Shown one piece after another: positions 36,891 through 50,426 of a stretch of DNA of 64,000 nt; positions within the stretch are counted from its first letter, which is position 1; every line of letters begins with the position of its first letter. A program made the position numbers and the translations under genes. This stretch comes from Octopus sinensis (Eukaryota): assembly GCF_006345805.1 (NCBI RefSeq), contig NC_043007.1:50096001-50160000 (forward strand), in the 5' to 3' direction. The notes beneath the pieces were generated by a model, which saw only the letters and a list, made by a program, of their open reading frames with translations, searched no databases and had not been told where the DNA came from.

Positions 36891-37455
36891 TTTGTTTATT
36901 CTTATTTTGTTCATGTGTTTACATCCACTTATTATTATCATTACATATGCTTGTATGTATGTATAACAACAATACTAGTAATAATAATAATAAATCGAAT
37001 CGAAAAAAAAACAAAATAAAAAAAAATACATGCATACATATATATATATATATACACATATATATATATGTCCAAACAACCACGCTAGCAACGTTATATT
37101 TACTCTCTCTCTCTCTCTCCCACACACACATACACACATATGTGTACATATATATACACTCACATATACATATATATGGATGTGTTTTAAAACAAATGTG
37201 TTGATGATGCATTGTAGATTGCAAATGCAGATATGGTGACTCGGGCTTGAACAATCGTTTGAGCAGTCACTTTTTCCAAAGAGACTTCGAACAATGCGTG
37301 AAACAACTGTTGGATTATCTTACAATCTTCATCTGTTCTCATCAATATCACCCGTATGATGACGGGTCCTGACAGGCCTAGTTGAGGAATCCCAACATGA
37401 TCATGAGAATGATCTCGACCACACACACAGACACACATAGTCCTAAAACCCACGC

Positions 37456-37567
<112 letters not shown>

Positions 37568-37819
37568 GTATATATATGTGTGTGTGTGTATAAATGTGTG
37601 TATATGTATGTGCATATGTGTATGTACGTGTGTATGTGTGTGTGCATATGCACCTATGTGTGTGCGTGTGTGTATTGGTATTGGGTAGATCGGTGCATAA
37701 TAAATCGTTCCCTGACCGATGAAGACCTTCACTGACCATTAAGAACATTGTGTACTTTACATAGGTTCATACATACTTATACACCTATAAAGGGAGATAT
37801 AGACATAAAAAGAGACCGT

Positions 37820-37844
37820 CAGACAGACAGACAGATAGACAGAC

Positions 37845-37929
<85 letters not shown>

Positions 37930-38250
37930 CGTAGGTAGTAGATAGATAGATATGTAGGTAGTAGATTTGGAGCCAGGTATGTATTTCTACACGCATACAC
38001 ACGAATATGTTGAATTTTATGCGAAATGATAGCCACATAAATATGTTAGTGAAAATAAATATTTCTTCTGATAATATGTGGTATTTGTATGTATGTATGT
38101 ATGTATGTATGTATGTATGTATGTATGTATGTATGTATGTATGTATGTATGAATGTATGTATGCATGTATGTATGTATGTGTGAATGTATGTACGTACGT
38201 ATGAATGTATGTATGCATGTATGTATGTATGTATGAATGTATGTATGTAT
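37820..38250. repeat. (GACA)n/(GATA)n and (TATG)n microsatellite blocks
   Basis: Direct reading; unique sequence lies between the blocks. Confidence 0.9.
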
Positions 38251-38555
38251 GTGTTTTTGGATTCTGTAAATATTCATCTCGTCATCTATCATTGATTCAA
38301 CAAAGCTACTCCAAATATTTTCCTCTTTTATTTAACTGAAACACAATTCAACAATCTGAGTTATCCAAGGTTTGTATTTTATCTGCGGAATCTTAACAAG
38401 CAAGAGGTTCTAAAGTGTCTCATTTACAGACCCAGTGTCTTGCAATAATGTCGGTGTTCCGGAAGTCGAGGCAGTAGTGCTATATATAGTCTGTAATATA
38501 CTTTGATTTGAATGGACACGACAGATTTGTTTCATGTTATTGATCAATGCGTTCG

Positions 38556-38705
38556 AGTAGTAGTAGTTGTAGCAGCAGCCGCAGTAGTAGTAGTAGTAGT
38601 AGAAGTAGTAGTAGTAGTTGTAGTAGTATTATTATTAGTAGTAGTAGTAGTAGGAGGAGGAGGAGGAGGAGAAGCAGCAGCAGCAGCAGCAGCAGCAGTA
38701 GTGGT
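38556..38705. repeat. Compound (AGT)n/(GGA)n/(GCA)n trinucleotide repeat
   Basis: Direct reading. Confidence 0.9.
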
Positions 38706-38883
38706 GACGGCGGCGGCTGTGGTGGTCAGCCTCACCTGCAGTTATTGCCGTAGATTCTGACTTGCTCAATCAGTTTTCACCACATTAGATTACAGGCGAA
38801 TAAAACAAAATCACATATAAAAATGAAAAAACAATAATACCCATACATACACAAACGCACGCACACACATATACGCACACACA

Positions 38884-38921
<38 letters not shown>

Positions 38922-39394
38922 ATACTGAGAGGTGTCAGATAACGAATCTTATGATAAAGTGATAAATATTATTTCAACCACGCTTGTCCCTTGCTGTAGT
39001 TGCTATTGTTGTCAATGTTTCTGCTGCAGTTGTTGCTGTTGCCGTTACTGTTGTGGTTTCCATTTGTTGTTTTTTTGTTGTTGTTGTCGTTTTGTTGTAG
39101 TTGCTGATGTTGCTTTTTTTCTTATTGTAGTTGCCGTTGCTGTAGTCGTCGTCGTGTTTCTATTTGCTTTGCCTTTGTTTATTTGTTTGTTTATCTCTCC
39201 TACAAATTCAATTAATGGCCGGTGGCCACAAACACTGCCACTAGTCCGTGCTGTGGAATAATTTAATATTGCCAACGTCACATGATCAGGAAAACCAACA
39301 CCAAATCAAACTCAAACATTTTAAAGTCTTCAGTGGAACGTCTTCAAACTTAATGAATGCGCCATGTTTACGATGAGGCCATCTGTTTTGTTTC

Positions 39395-39662
39395 ATTTCT
39401 CCCTCTCTCCATCTCTCACTTTCACGATCTCTCTTTGTCTTTACTACATTGCCTCTATCTTTCGCTCTGTATTTTTCTCTTGAAAGAAAACTAGAGAGAC
39501 ACAGAAAGAGAGAGTAAAACGGGAGAGATGAGAGAAAGAGAAAGAGAGAGTAAAAAGGGAGAGAGACAGAAATACTAAGCTCGCCTGTGTACACAGATTG
39601 TATTTTATTCGTTTATTTGTCTATTTTGTGCTTGTTTATTATTATTATTATTATTATTATTA

Positions 39663-39702
<40 letters not shown>

Positions 39703-40592
39703 TTTACTATTTGTTTCCGGGTTCTTCTGACGTTGAATCGTATTGTCTTCGGAAAGATTAATAAAACAGAACAATTTTCTGACTTCATTTTTTTCCTTTG
39801 TTCCATTATATTTTGGTCACTTCCTGTTCTTGTGGCTTGAAATATGTTGACTGTGATGTTATGTAGCTAATCTGTACATGATTATCAGTTGAGCAATACA
39901 TATATTGTGCATGTGTTTGTGTGTGTGTGTAAACACGTACACACGCGCGCGCGCACACACATGCACACACAAATACACAAACACATACACATATATATAT
40001 ACATAGGATACATACATACATGCTTGCATTCATACATACATACATAAATACACATACACGTATAAATGTAAGTATGCATGTATGGCATAAATTAATCGTG
40101 TACTATTTTCTTTTAGGATAATCTGTGTTATTTGTAACAGTTGTTCAAACCCATGAATACTACGGGACAACGAAAGCTTGAGGAAATTTCACTGGTGTTT
40201 TGAAACGTGTAGTAGATGTACAGATAAGATACATTATTGTAATCTTACTGATAGTAATACATCCATCTACTTTACATATTTTCTACCTACCTACATACCT
40301 ACATATATACATACAAACATACATACACACACACACATATATATTTCTCCCTCTCTCCATCTCTCACTTTCACGATCTCTCTTTGTCTTTACTACATTGC
40401 CTCTATCTTTCGCTCTGTATTTTTCTCTTGAAAGAAAAATAGAGAGACACAGAAAGAGAGAGTAAAACGGGAGAGAGAAGAGAAAGAGAAGGAGAGAGTA
40501 AAAAGGGAGAGAGACGGAAATGCTAAGCTCGCCTGTGTACACAGATTGTATTTTATTCGTTTATTTGTCTATTTTGTGCTTGTTTATTATTA
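39395..40592. repeat. ~250-bp near-identical direct duplication (39395-39655 and 40343-40592)
   Basis: By-eye alignment, few differences. Confidence 0.9.
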
Positions 40593-40594
40593 TT

Positions 40595-40955
40595 TTTTTT
40601 TTCTTCTTCTTTTAAATTTGCTTCCATTTCTTGCCGAGTGTCTTCCCGACTCCTAGGGCAAAGAAACTCATAGTATACATTGGTAGGCCATTAAGCCAAA
40701 CTCAATAGTTCGTTCATTTTTAAAAAAATTTTTTTTTTAAATTAAATTAAAATACATGAGCAGCAACAGTTCTCACATCGACAATGCTCTTCTCAATACG
40801 TGTGATGTACCAGTTAAGACAATCTTTTGTACTTCTTGCAGGGATGGTAAGCCAGGGATCATTCTCATATAATTTTCGGTTCCCTTCTTGATCATTCCTA
40901 GTGCTCCTACGATCACTGGTATTGTAACCGACTTGAGATGCCACATTTTCTCAAT
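40595..40955 (-). mobile_element. R4/Dong-like LINE extreme 3' fragment in a (TAA)n tract
   Basis: EKMWHLKSVTIPVIVGALGMIKKG..LQEVQKIVLTGTSHVLRRALSM*; (ATT)n on both sides. Confidence 0.85.
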
Positions 40956-40978
40956 TATTATTATTATTATTATTATTA

Positions 40979-41047
<69 letters not shown>

Positions 41048-41106
41048 ATTATTATTATTATTATTATTATATTATTATTATTATGTACATACATATATAT
41101 ATACAT

Positions 41107-41176
<70 letters not shown>

Positions 41177-41469
41177 ATATGTATGTATATGTACATATAT
41201 AAATGTATGTATATATAATGTATTCAGATATAAATCAGAAACAATGCCAATGTTGTAAATATTATCAACCGCACATAATGTAAGGGTCATTGTTACACGG
41301 TGGGCTGGAGTGGGGAAGAGGCTCTCGAATTGACGGGGACAAGTAGTCTTGTCTGTCTATGTCTTTCAGGCATCTTAACACCAGACGTTTTCAAGGAGTC
41401 ATCTCCATCGTTCTAAACCGTAGCCTACAGACGAGCAAGAGAGGCATATGCATTAAGCATGTGCGATCG

Positions 41470-41503
<34 letters not shown>

Positions 41504-41696
41504 TATTTGAGTAGTTGAATGATTTATCTTATTATGGATAATTCGGTTAACCGATACCTGGGTAGCAAATTCACGTCAGAAAAACAGGGTTGAAGCTACA
41601 TGCCAAGGGCAGAGATCACGTGCTTTCGTGTGGAAATTTGTGTTTTTTTAAACACAAATAAATGAAAGAATGGAGTTGAACGACGAATTAACAAAA

Positions 41697-41796
41697 TTCC
41701 TTTATTCTCGACATATGTTTCGAAGGCTGCATATTCCTAATTTCGAAGGAATAAGGGGTGCATTATGCCGCCTTCTCATCAGGAAAAACAAGGAAC
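41697..41796 (-). ncRNA. Type I hammerhead ribozyme motif (minus arm)
   Basis: TCATCAG at 41776-41782; mirror image of 41885-41984. Confidence 0.85.
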
Positions 41797-41884
41797 TTAT
41801 GTCAGCATCAAGATGAACAAACATTTTTAGATGACTGCCCACACGGAGCCCATAGCGATTGTGGGCAGTCATCTAAAACTTTTT

Positions 41885-41984
41885 GTTCCTTGTTTTTCCT
41901 GATGAGAAGGCGGTATAATGCACCCCTTATTCCTTCGAAATTAGGAATATGCAGCCTTCGAAACATATGTCGAGAATAAAGGAA
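41885..41984 (+). ncRNA. Type I hammerhead ribozyme motif
   Basis: TTTTC-CTGATGA(41899-41905)-GAAGGC..GCCTTC-GAAA-CATATG-TC-GAGAA; predicted cleavage after C41971. Confidence 0.85.
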
Positions 41985-42066
41985 TTTTGTTAATTCGTCG
42001 TTCAACTCCATTCTTTCATTTATTTATATATATATATATATATATACATATATATATGTGTGTGTG

Positions 42067-42111
<45 letters not shown>

Positions 42112-44959
42112 CATGTACGAATATTCACACACACACACGATGCGACTCTACTTTATACTGTTTTCTCCCCCCATCTCCTCTAATTGCCTTTTTCTCCCTT
42201 TCACCATTTTCTATCTCTCTCTCTCTCCTGCTCTTTCTCTTTTTCTCTCTCTCGATGTTCACACGTGACCATTGTCCATCTTTCTTTACTGCACGTACGT
42301 TCGAAGGACTGAACGTCTCCTATCTCTCTCTTCTATCTTTTCTCTTTTCAAAGAAAATATTTCTCTCGGCGTTCATTATCTTCCCCTCATTCTGGTCTAA
42401 CGACACTGTATTTTTATTTTCGTTCGGTTTTTCTGTATATCTCCACTGTCTTGTTTTTGTTCCTAACTTTGACCCTCCATAAATCCAAAATTTTATGTTG
42501 GTAATTATGGGAGGAACAGTCTTCGAAGACTCATATTGTCGTTGATTGCTCAAAATGGGGAGTAGATAGACAGCCGCTACTGATGAAGGTTCATTCATAT
42601 GTATATATATATATGTGCATATATGTATGTATATATATATACATATATATAGATATTATTTATATTATTATTTAATTGAACACCACGCATCCATTTCCAA
42701 GTAAGTATATATATACACATATATATATATATAATTTTATATTCGAGTATACACCTTGTAATATGCCCTTTAATGCTTGTTCAAAGTATTTGGCAATCTG
42801 ATATGTCATGAACAGTGTTGAGGTATATTCTACTGGATTTATTCGGCTATTCCTTTATGACTATAGAGTTTTTAGAAATATGAGAGAAAGAAAACGGCAT
42901 TCATGAAACTTTTCATTATTCCCAGTGATCGCTTCGACCCATCGTGCACCGGTGCCTCTCTGGTGAGATACTTTACAAACAGTTGTGGTGCATTGTAGGT
43001 GCAAATGTGTCCCATCAGGTAACTTGTCAAAATGTACTTTGTGTTTTTCTAATTTCCCTTACGTTTATTTCTATAAGAATACATTTTGTTTGTTGTAGTG
43101 TGCGATTCGTCAACGCGAGAAACTCGGCATCCTGGGCAAGTTTTAACAAGTAGAATAAAGCTTGATGAGTAAAACTGGGAAGGGGAAAATTGTGTAGAAA
43201 GTTTTCGGATGGATTGTATCTCTAGTTCATATGTCCAGAATTATGTTCAGAGTATGCATGTCTGTGGAATACTTAGCCATCTACATTGCAATTTAATGAG
43301 TAAATAGTTGAAATAGATCGAAGAACAGAATGCTCGTCGTAGAAACCGGCGAAGAATCGACCACCACCACCACCACTACTATCATGCTTCTCATGATGAT
43401 CGTTAACGTGAGAATTTACGTGGCTATTCTGAGTTGAGAGGCAAAGGATATGTGTGACTGGTTGGTGTGGGTGTGAGAGAAGTGTGCTAGTGTGGTTTTA
43501 GTCATTACTATTATTAATCTATGAAGATTAATAACTAACATATGTTCCAATAGGTGAGCGTCACTTAAACATATCAAATTCTATGATCAACATATGTGTG
43601 GCGCGTGTTCAACAGTCTCTCTCCTCTCACTCTCTACCTCCTCTCTCTCATACACACATACAACATACTCAGACACACACAACATATACAGACATATATA
43701 CACAACATACACAGACAACTTCGCAAAATATTCAACGTATTTTTGTTTATTTTAATTTTTGTTTTTGGTTCTTTTATTTATATATTTGAAAACGTCAAAA
43801 AAATTATGGTCTAATATATTTCTTATCTTAAACATGACTCTTATAAAAGACCCGGATACTGTTCCCATTTACTCGGAATGCGATTGACTAAATCGATTAT
43901 GGAACGGAAAGCCAGTAACTGAGGGGTAGAGGTTTCGCACGCTCTCATCTGCATTGCATTCTTGGCACTGGTTTTCAGTAGTTATATATTCTAGGGTTTT
44001 GTCTAAAACAGTACTTATTTTTATTGAATTAATAAGTTGTGCTATTTTACACAATACTGGTTTTACATTGTTGACGATCAATGCATACAGGAATACACAT
44101 ACACAGACAAACACACACACGCACATGCATTTTCAAATTTCATTGATCTTCTTTTAAAACCCACCGACATTTAAGCTTATCCGTTAAAACGAACACCTTC
44201 TCAAGACCGAGTTTCCAGATTCTTAATGACTTAACGTGAATTCCGGATTAGTCGTAGATGCTGGACCTTATCAATTCCTGATAGTTTATTGTAGCTTTCC
44301 AAGGTCCCTTAATACACAGAATTGATGAGTTGTTAAGGTGCTGGGCATCATTTATTGTAATATTTACTTTAAGGTCTTTTTACAAAATTCAAACCATATT
44401 TAGGTTAACTTTGACTTTTGTCCCTACGGTGTGAATAAAATAATTTCCAGCTTACGAGTACTGTTGCTAAACAAAATTTATGAAGTTCATGATAGCGGTG
44501 CTCCGGTAGGGCTACTGTCATTTTGGTGTCACTAGGTAAGTGTTATTTCCTAGAATTTTACATGTTCTAGCATTTCAGTAATGAAAGTGCAATGTACTGA
44601 TTTTTAACAAAGTAAGACCTTGTAGGTCATGTAAAGTTAAATATTTAAAACACAAAACTATGTGTGCCTCCTACGTAGGTCCTTTTCTTTCTGTGTTGTT
44701 GCTGTTTTTGTCGTTTGACCAAACCAAACCAATGTGTGCAATAGTATCCCAGCTGCAAACATCCCGGCTGTTTTCAGAGATAAATTAGCTAGACTAGAAC
44801 TACATTATCTAATATGTTCTACCGTCTTGAAATCCCCAGTTGGTGAATGGCTATAGAATTCGTTGATATTTGAAAAGGACGAATAACAAAGTCCAAGGTT
44901 CCATATTAGGTGATGCTAGTTCACTCCGTCATATATGGTTTGTAGTGGAGGTGATATGC

Positions 44960-45262
44960 ATTGATAAATTACTTCGCTTGTACCGGCCCATCAAAGGCGA
45001 TTAGAGTGTTGATTCAGGGCGTTCATCATTCTCCGCCCCCAGCACATTGTTTCTCATGGGACCGGGCGTGGCTGACAAGACCGATGCGATTAGAAAGATC
45101 CTGTAGCACCGAGGACACTGAAAATGATCCCGAACAACAGCTACAAGGGGTTTATGATGACGTTCCCTTCACTCTTCGTACAGTCTCCTGGGTTCGGTTT
45201 CAAAGAGCTCTACTTCACATCACGCACGGAATTCCATGCTTTCCGATTTATTACTAGGGTGA
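44960..45262 (-). mobile_element. RTE-clade LINE 3' fragment
   Basis: NRKAWNSV..FETEPRR..FQCPRCYRIF../RIGLVSHARSH (frameshifted terminal C2H2-like motif). Confidence 0.65.
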
Positions 45263-45334
45263 CCAACCGTTTGGGAGAGACAGAGCCTAAAATGAGTGAC
45301 TACATGAGATGATTATCAAAACGATGATCACACA

Positions 45335-45690
45335 GCGTGGTAGTGTGGTAAGAAGCTTGTTTCCCCACCACGTGATTCCAGGTTCAGTCCCACTGCATGA
45401 TACCTTGGGCAAGCGTCTTCTACTAAAGCCACGGGCCAACCAAAGCCTTATGAGCGGATTTGGTAGGCGGTAACTGAAAGAAGCCCATCGTATATATATA
45501 TATATTATTATATATATATATATATGTTTCTGTATCTGTGTTTGTACTCCTACCATCACTTGAGAACCGATTTTGGTGTATTATGTCCCCGCAACTAAGC
45601 GGTTTCGGTTAAAGATACCGATAGAATAAGTACAAGTGTTACAAAGAATAACTCCTGGGTCAAATGACTGAAACAAGTAGAAAAATTTAA
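45335..45690 (+). mobile_element. SINE family K
   Basis: Collinear with the reverse complement of 47577-47970. Confidence 0.8.
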
Positions 45691-45723
45691 GAATAATATA
45701 TATATATATGTATATATATAATA

Positions 45724-45762
<39 letters not shown>

Positions 45763-45792
45763 TATATATATATCTATATATATATATATGTA

Positions 45793-45827
<35 letters not shown>

Positions 45828-46485
45828 ATGTGTGTATATATATATATATTATATATATATATATATATATAATATGTTAAGCACACCACCACATACCTAT
45901 ATATATATGTATATATGTATATATGTATGTGGTGTGTGCTTACTCACATCGTCACTTTTCACTTATTAAATTCTTTAAACACATGAGGTATTCGTGAGAT
46001 ATGCTAAAAAATACCCAAATAGGCTTTAAATCATGTATGAAATTTGTTTTTGTATAATCATGTGAATTCCCGTGACGAATATAAATTCGCAAAAGTTTCC
46101 TGAATATTCCAAAATATGGAAAACTTATGAGGGGTTATATGATGTGCTTAAAGCAGAATTCGGCCAATATTTCATTCGTTTATAGTTGCACAAAATGACA
46201 GTTCCCAAATCCTGTTTTCTGATTGGGTAAAAATGACCAAATTTTAACAGCTGTAACTTTAAAAAAAAAAAATTTCTGGCAAAAGGGAATTATCTCCTGA
46301 GATACAACGTGGAAAATTACATCAATATAACAAATTTTAAAATTTTCACTAAACTTTCAAATTTCCACAGGTGCAGCCTAACAGAAAAGATCCCCAAATA
46401 TATAGTGCGTGTGTTTAATTGGCAAAATATGCTCATCCCCAAGTTTAACATCTATATATGTATGTATGTATACATATATACGTAC

Positions 46486-46516
<31 letters not shown>

Positions 46517-46565
46517 CATACATACATACATACTACATACATACATATATACATATATACATATA

Positions 46566-46628
<63 letters not shown>

Positions 46629-46768
46629 GTTGTGTGTAGGCTATATTTATACATACATATATATATACCATATATACATATATGTATAAATATATACATA
46701 TATGAATATATGCATATATATATATATATATATATTATATATAATATATAATATAATAATATATATAT

Positions 46769-46829
<61 letters not shown>

Positions 46830-46856
46830 ATATATGCATGTATATATACATATATG

Positions 46857-47470
46857 CAGGGTACAGTGAATATATTGTTGTCTAAATTACACAAAACTGA
46901 ATAACACTGACATGTCATTTTAACAGATATATTAATATTTACCAAAATTACATAAAAATATCTTGATATACTAAAGAGTAAATTTATTTAATAAAATCAA
47001 AATTGGCTTCAACCACGGCCTCCAGGTGACTGCAATTCTTCTAGACCGCTTTTCTAAGTTGGTGAATGTTGCCATAATCCTTACCTTCAGTTCATCTTTG
47101 GTGTTACAAGGAGTTTTGTTGGTCTCTCGCTCAACTGCACCCAACACATAATAATCAAGGGGGTTGCAGTGTGGGGAATTAGGTGGCCATATGTTAGGTA
47201 GTGATGTGGTCGCAGAAATTTTCTGACAGTCATAACTGGGTTTTTCTTGTTTGTGTGGCATGGTACAGAGTTCAGACATAGGGTCTTCCAGCAGCCATCC
47301 TCTTGACCCAGGGCAGCACTACTTCCTCCAGGCACGTGAGGTAAGCCTCCGTGTTGAGTCTGAGGCCGTGTGAGAAGATGAATGGAGGCATGACATCGCC
47401 ATGATGTTGACTGGATGTTTGATTTTTATCACTTTCGGTACATGTTTTGGGGAGACAGCAAGCCAACAGT
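46857..47470 (-). mobile_element. Tc1/mariner (DD37D/maT-like) transposon 3' half
   Basis: VMPPFIF..EEVVLPWVKRMAAGRPYV..IWPPNSPHCNPLDYYVLGAVE; CAGGGT terminus at 46857. Confidence 0.85.
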
Positions 47471-47576
47471 TGTTCTGTGGGTTCAGTATCTGTTTGTATT
47501 GGAGCTTCCGGCTGGGTGAGTGCGTTCCTGTGTGTGTGTGTGATGTTTCTTTGCGTGTGCGATATACCCTTTTACA

Positions 47577-47970
47577 CTTTTACTTGTTTCAGTCATTTGA
47601 CTGCAGCCATGCTGCACCACCGCCTTTAGTCGAGCAAATCGACCCCAGGACTTATCCTTTGTAAGCCTAGTACTTATTCTATCGGTCTCTTTTTCCGAAC
47701 CGCTAAGTTACGGGAACGTAAACACACCAGCATCGGTTGTCAAGCGATGTTGAGAGGGACAAACACAGACACACAAACATATATATATATACATATAGAT
47801 ATATACGACGGGCTTCTTTTAGTTTCCGTCTACCAAATCCACTCACGAGGCTTTGGTCGGCCCGAGGCTATAGTTGAAGACACTTGCCCAAGGTGCCACG
47901 CAGTAGGACTGAACCCGGAACCATGTGGTTGATAAGCAAGCTACTTACCACACAGCCACCCCTACGCCTA
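47577..47970 (-). mobile_element. SINE family K, full length
   Basis: tRNA-like head (gtggtaagtagcttgc..ggttcagtcc), central CA/TA tract, tail ..atgactgaaacaagtaaaa. Confidence 0.9.
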
Positions 47971-48041
47971 TAGAGTGTGGTTGATCTAGCGCGAAAGAGA
48001 GACAGAGATAGAGAGAAAGACAGATAACAGAGAGAGCGAGT

Positions 48042-48093
<52 letters not shown>

Positions 48094-48483
48094 AGTGTGT
48101 GTGTGTGTGTATTTGTGTGTGTACGTGTACTAGATAGCCACAAAATATGATTTGCATCGACTGTATTCATCGCACTGAAAAGATGGGGTAAACGCCCTAC
48201 TGTTTGTAAGAATCTTACACACTTCGAAGTTATGTATAGCTATGTAAGGTTTAAGTGATTAATCTCCTTGATTATTGGTTGGTGGAGAGGTACTGTTGAG
48301 CAAGTAGTATAAATAGTGACAGTGACGTCTGTATATAGATGCTCTATTCTATATATATGATATATGATATATGATATATATATATGTATATATATACATA
48401 TACATACACTCACACATATATATGTGTATATGTGTGTGCTTATGTGTGTATACATATACATAAACACTTATGACTTTGTGTCC

Positions 48484-48536
<53 letters not shown>

Positions 48537-50239
48537 ATCTATATGGATGGAAGGGTTGATGATTGAATGTATATACGTATGATAAGAGTAATTTCATAAG
48601 AGGCTGACTTTCTCCGGGAAAGATACTAAACAATGCTGACACAACATCAAAATAAAGACCGCAAGAATGTTTAGACAGACATTCCTTGTAGCTTTATTGA
48701 CGTTACAATTTCCTCTCACACAGACTTAATTAAAATTGAACTTACAATCTTCCGAACATTAGTAATTTGTTTCTTAAGACCTGCCAACTTTACGATTTTA
48801 ATTTGATCGAATAGATCAAGAAACGGTTCTGAAAGGAGAATGTGAATTTCCTTGTAACATATTCACAATGATATTTATGTAACAAATATATTAATTTGAC
48901 GTAGAAGAGACCAAGATGTAGTAAGTGTACTTGTGTGTAGAGGTGAGAGAGAAAGAGAGAGAGTGAGTGAGAGAGAGCATTTGCTTACACATATGCAGGT
49001 GTGTTTCCATACGTCTCTTCATCTTTTTGTACATTTTGACGTCCATGTATGTTTTTTGATATTGCATGAGGTGTTCAGATTTGGAAGAAAAATGCTTTAG
49101 TTTGTTGTAGCCACCAAAGCTCATTATGCGTATCACTCTACCATTTTATCCTTTATTGTTTGGTAATGTCTATTACTGTACCATTTTATTTATTACTCTA
49201 CCATAACATCTATCACTTTCCCATTTTATCCACCGTTCTGCTAAGGCTGTAAGCGTAAACAGCAGCCGCAAAACTCTGAGTAGTAAGTAACCGCAGCACT
49301 GCAATAAATCTTCACTTTTTCTTGTCCTTTCTCTCTCCATCATTCTTTCAGTCTTCTAGGTGCAGGTGTATGTATGTATGTATGTATGTATGTATGTATG
49401 TATGTATGTATGTATGTATGTATGTATGTATGTATGTATGTATGTATTATGTATGTATGTATGTATGTATGTATATTAATGTATGTATGTATATTAATGT
49501 TCGTGCATGTATATTTAGGTGTGTGCGTGTGAGTGTGTGTGTATGTATTCGTGATGTGTGCACGTGTCTCTACGTATGTGGATGTGCATCTATGTGTTAA
49601 ACAAATGCACTTTCTTGATGGGCAGCTATGGCTGTATACTCACCACGCTACTAACAGTATTTTTGTGATGCTCTTGTATTCGTGTATTGTACATGCGTTA
49701 ATCTCACCTATAATGTTAATCTCACTCACAAAAATTGTTCATTTACCAAAATCTTTATCATTGCAATGTTGTCTTGAAAATGAATAGATCAATCATGAGG
49801 TGACAGGAGAGACTGTTTTGCTAGGAGTAGGGACCAAATTTTCTGAAAATCACAAGTTATTGCTTTAACGAAATAAGTATACATGCGGTAATATCAGTTA
49901 TGATATACAGTAATCCGCGAGATGCGTGGAGGAAAGGCCTGGGAAGACTAATGTGATCTAAAAAAGACCAATGGGGTCTAAGTAACATAAACACTGAGAC
50001 ATCACCTATCAAAAAACAAAGATACAGAGCGAGGGAAAGAACGTATGAGAGACGACGGAAAGGGAGAGACACATACATAGAAAAGGAAGAATGAGGGAGA
50101 CAAACAGAGAAAGGGAGAATGGAAGAGACGGACAGGTTGATAGAGAAGAGGAGACAGAAATAGAGAGTACGTGTGATAGTTAAAAAACGGGAGAAAACAA
50201 AACGTAGAAATGTCAAAAGAAGGGAAACCGCTATAATAT

Positions 50240-50426
50240 TGATTTCAAAGTTTGGCATTTCGGAGGAGGGGATAAATTGATTACATCGACCCCAGGGTTC
50301 AAGTAGTACTTATTTTATCGACCTTGAAAGGGATTAAAGGCAAATGTGACCTCGGTGAAATTTGAACTACGAAAGTTCGAAAATGCCGTTAAGCTTTTCG
50401 CCGACGTGCTAACAATTTTGCCTCGA
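50240..50426 (-). mobile_element. SINE family M
   Basis: Reverse-complement similarity to 25585-25800. Confidence 0.7.

Larger units (their letters stand above)
41501..42025 (-). mobile_element. (TA)n-flanked palindromic PLE-end element with two opposite-strand hammerheads
   Basis: 141-bp arms 41656-41796 and 41885-42025 (1 mismatch), inner 19-bp arms 41825-41843 and 41860-41878, tail 41501-41655. Confidence 0.9.

Noticed and set aside
42575-42600. CTGATGAAGG hammerhead start at 42580
   Set aside because: Runs into (TA)n with no stem II, GAAA or cleavage site
45256-45275. TAGGGTGACCA as a hAT-like TIR
   Set aside because: No inverted partner seen; lies at the edge of an RTE fragment
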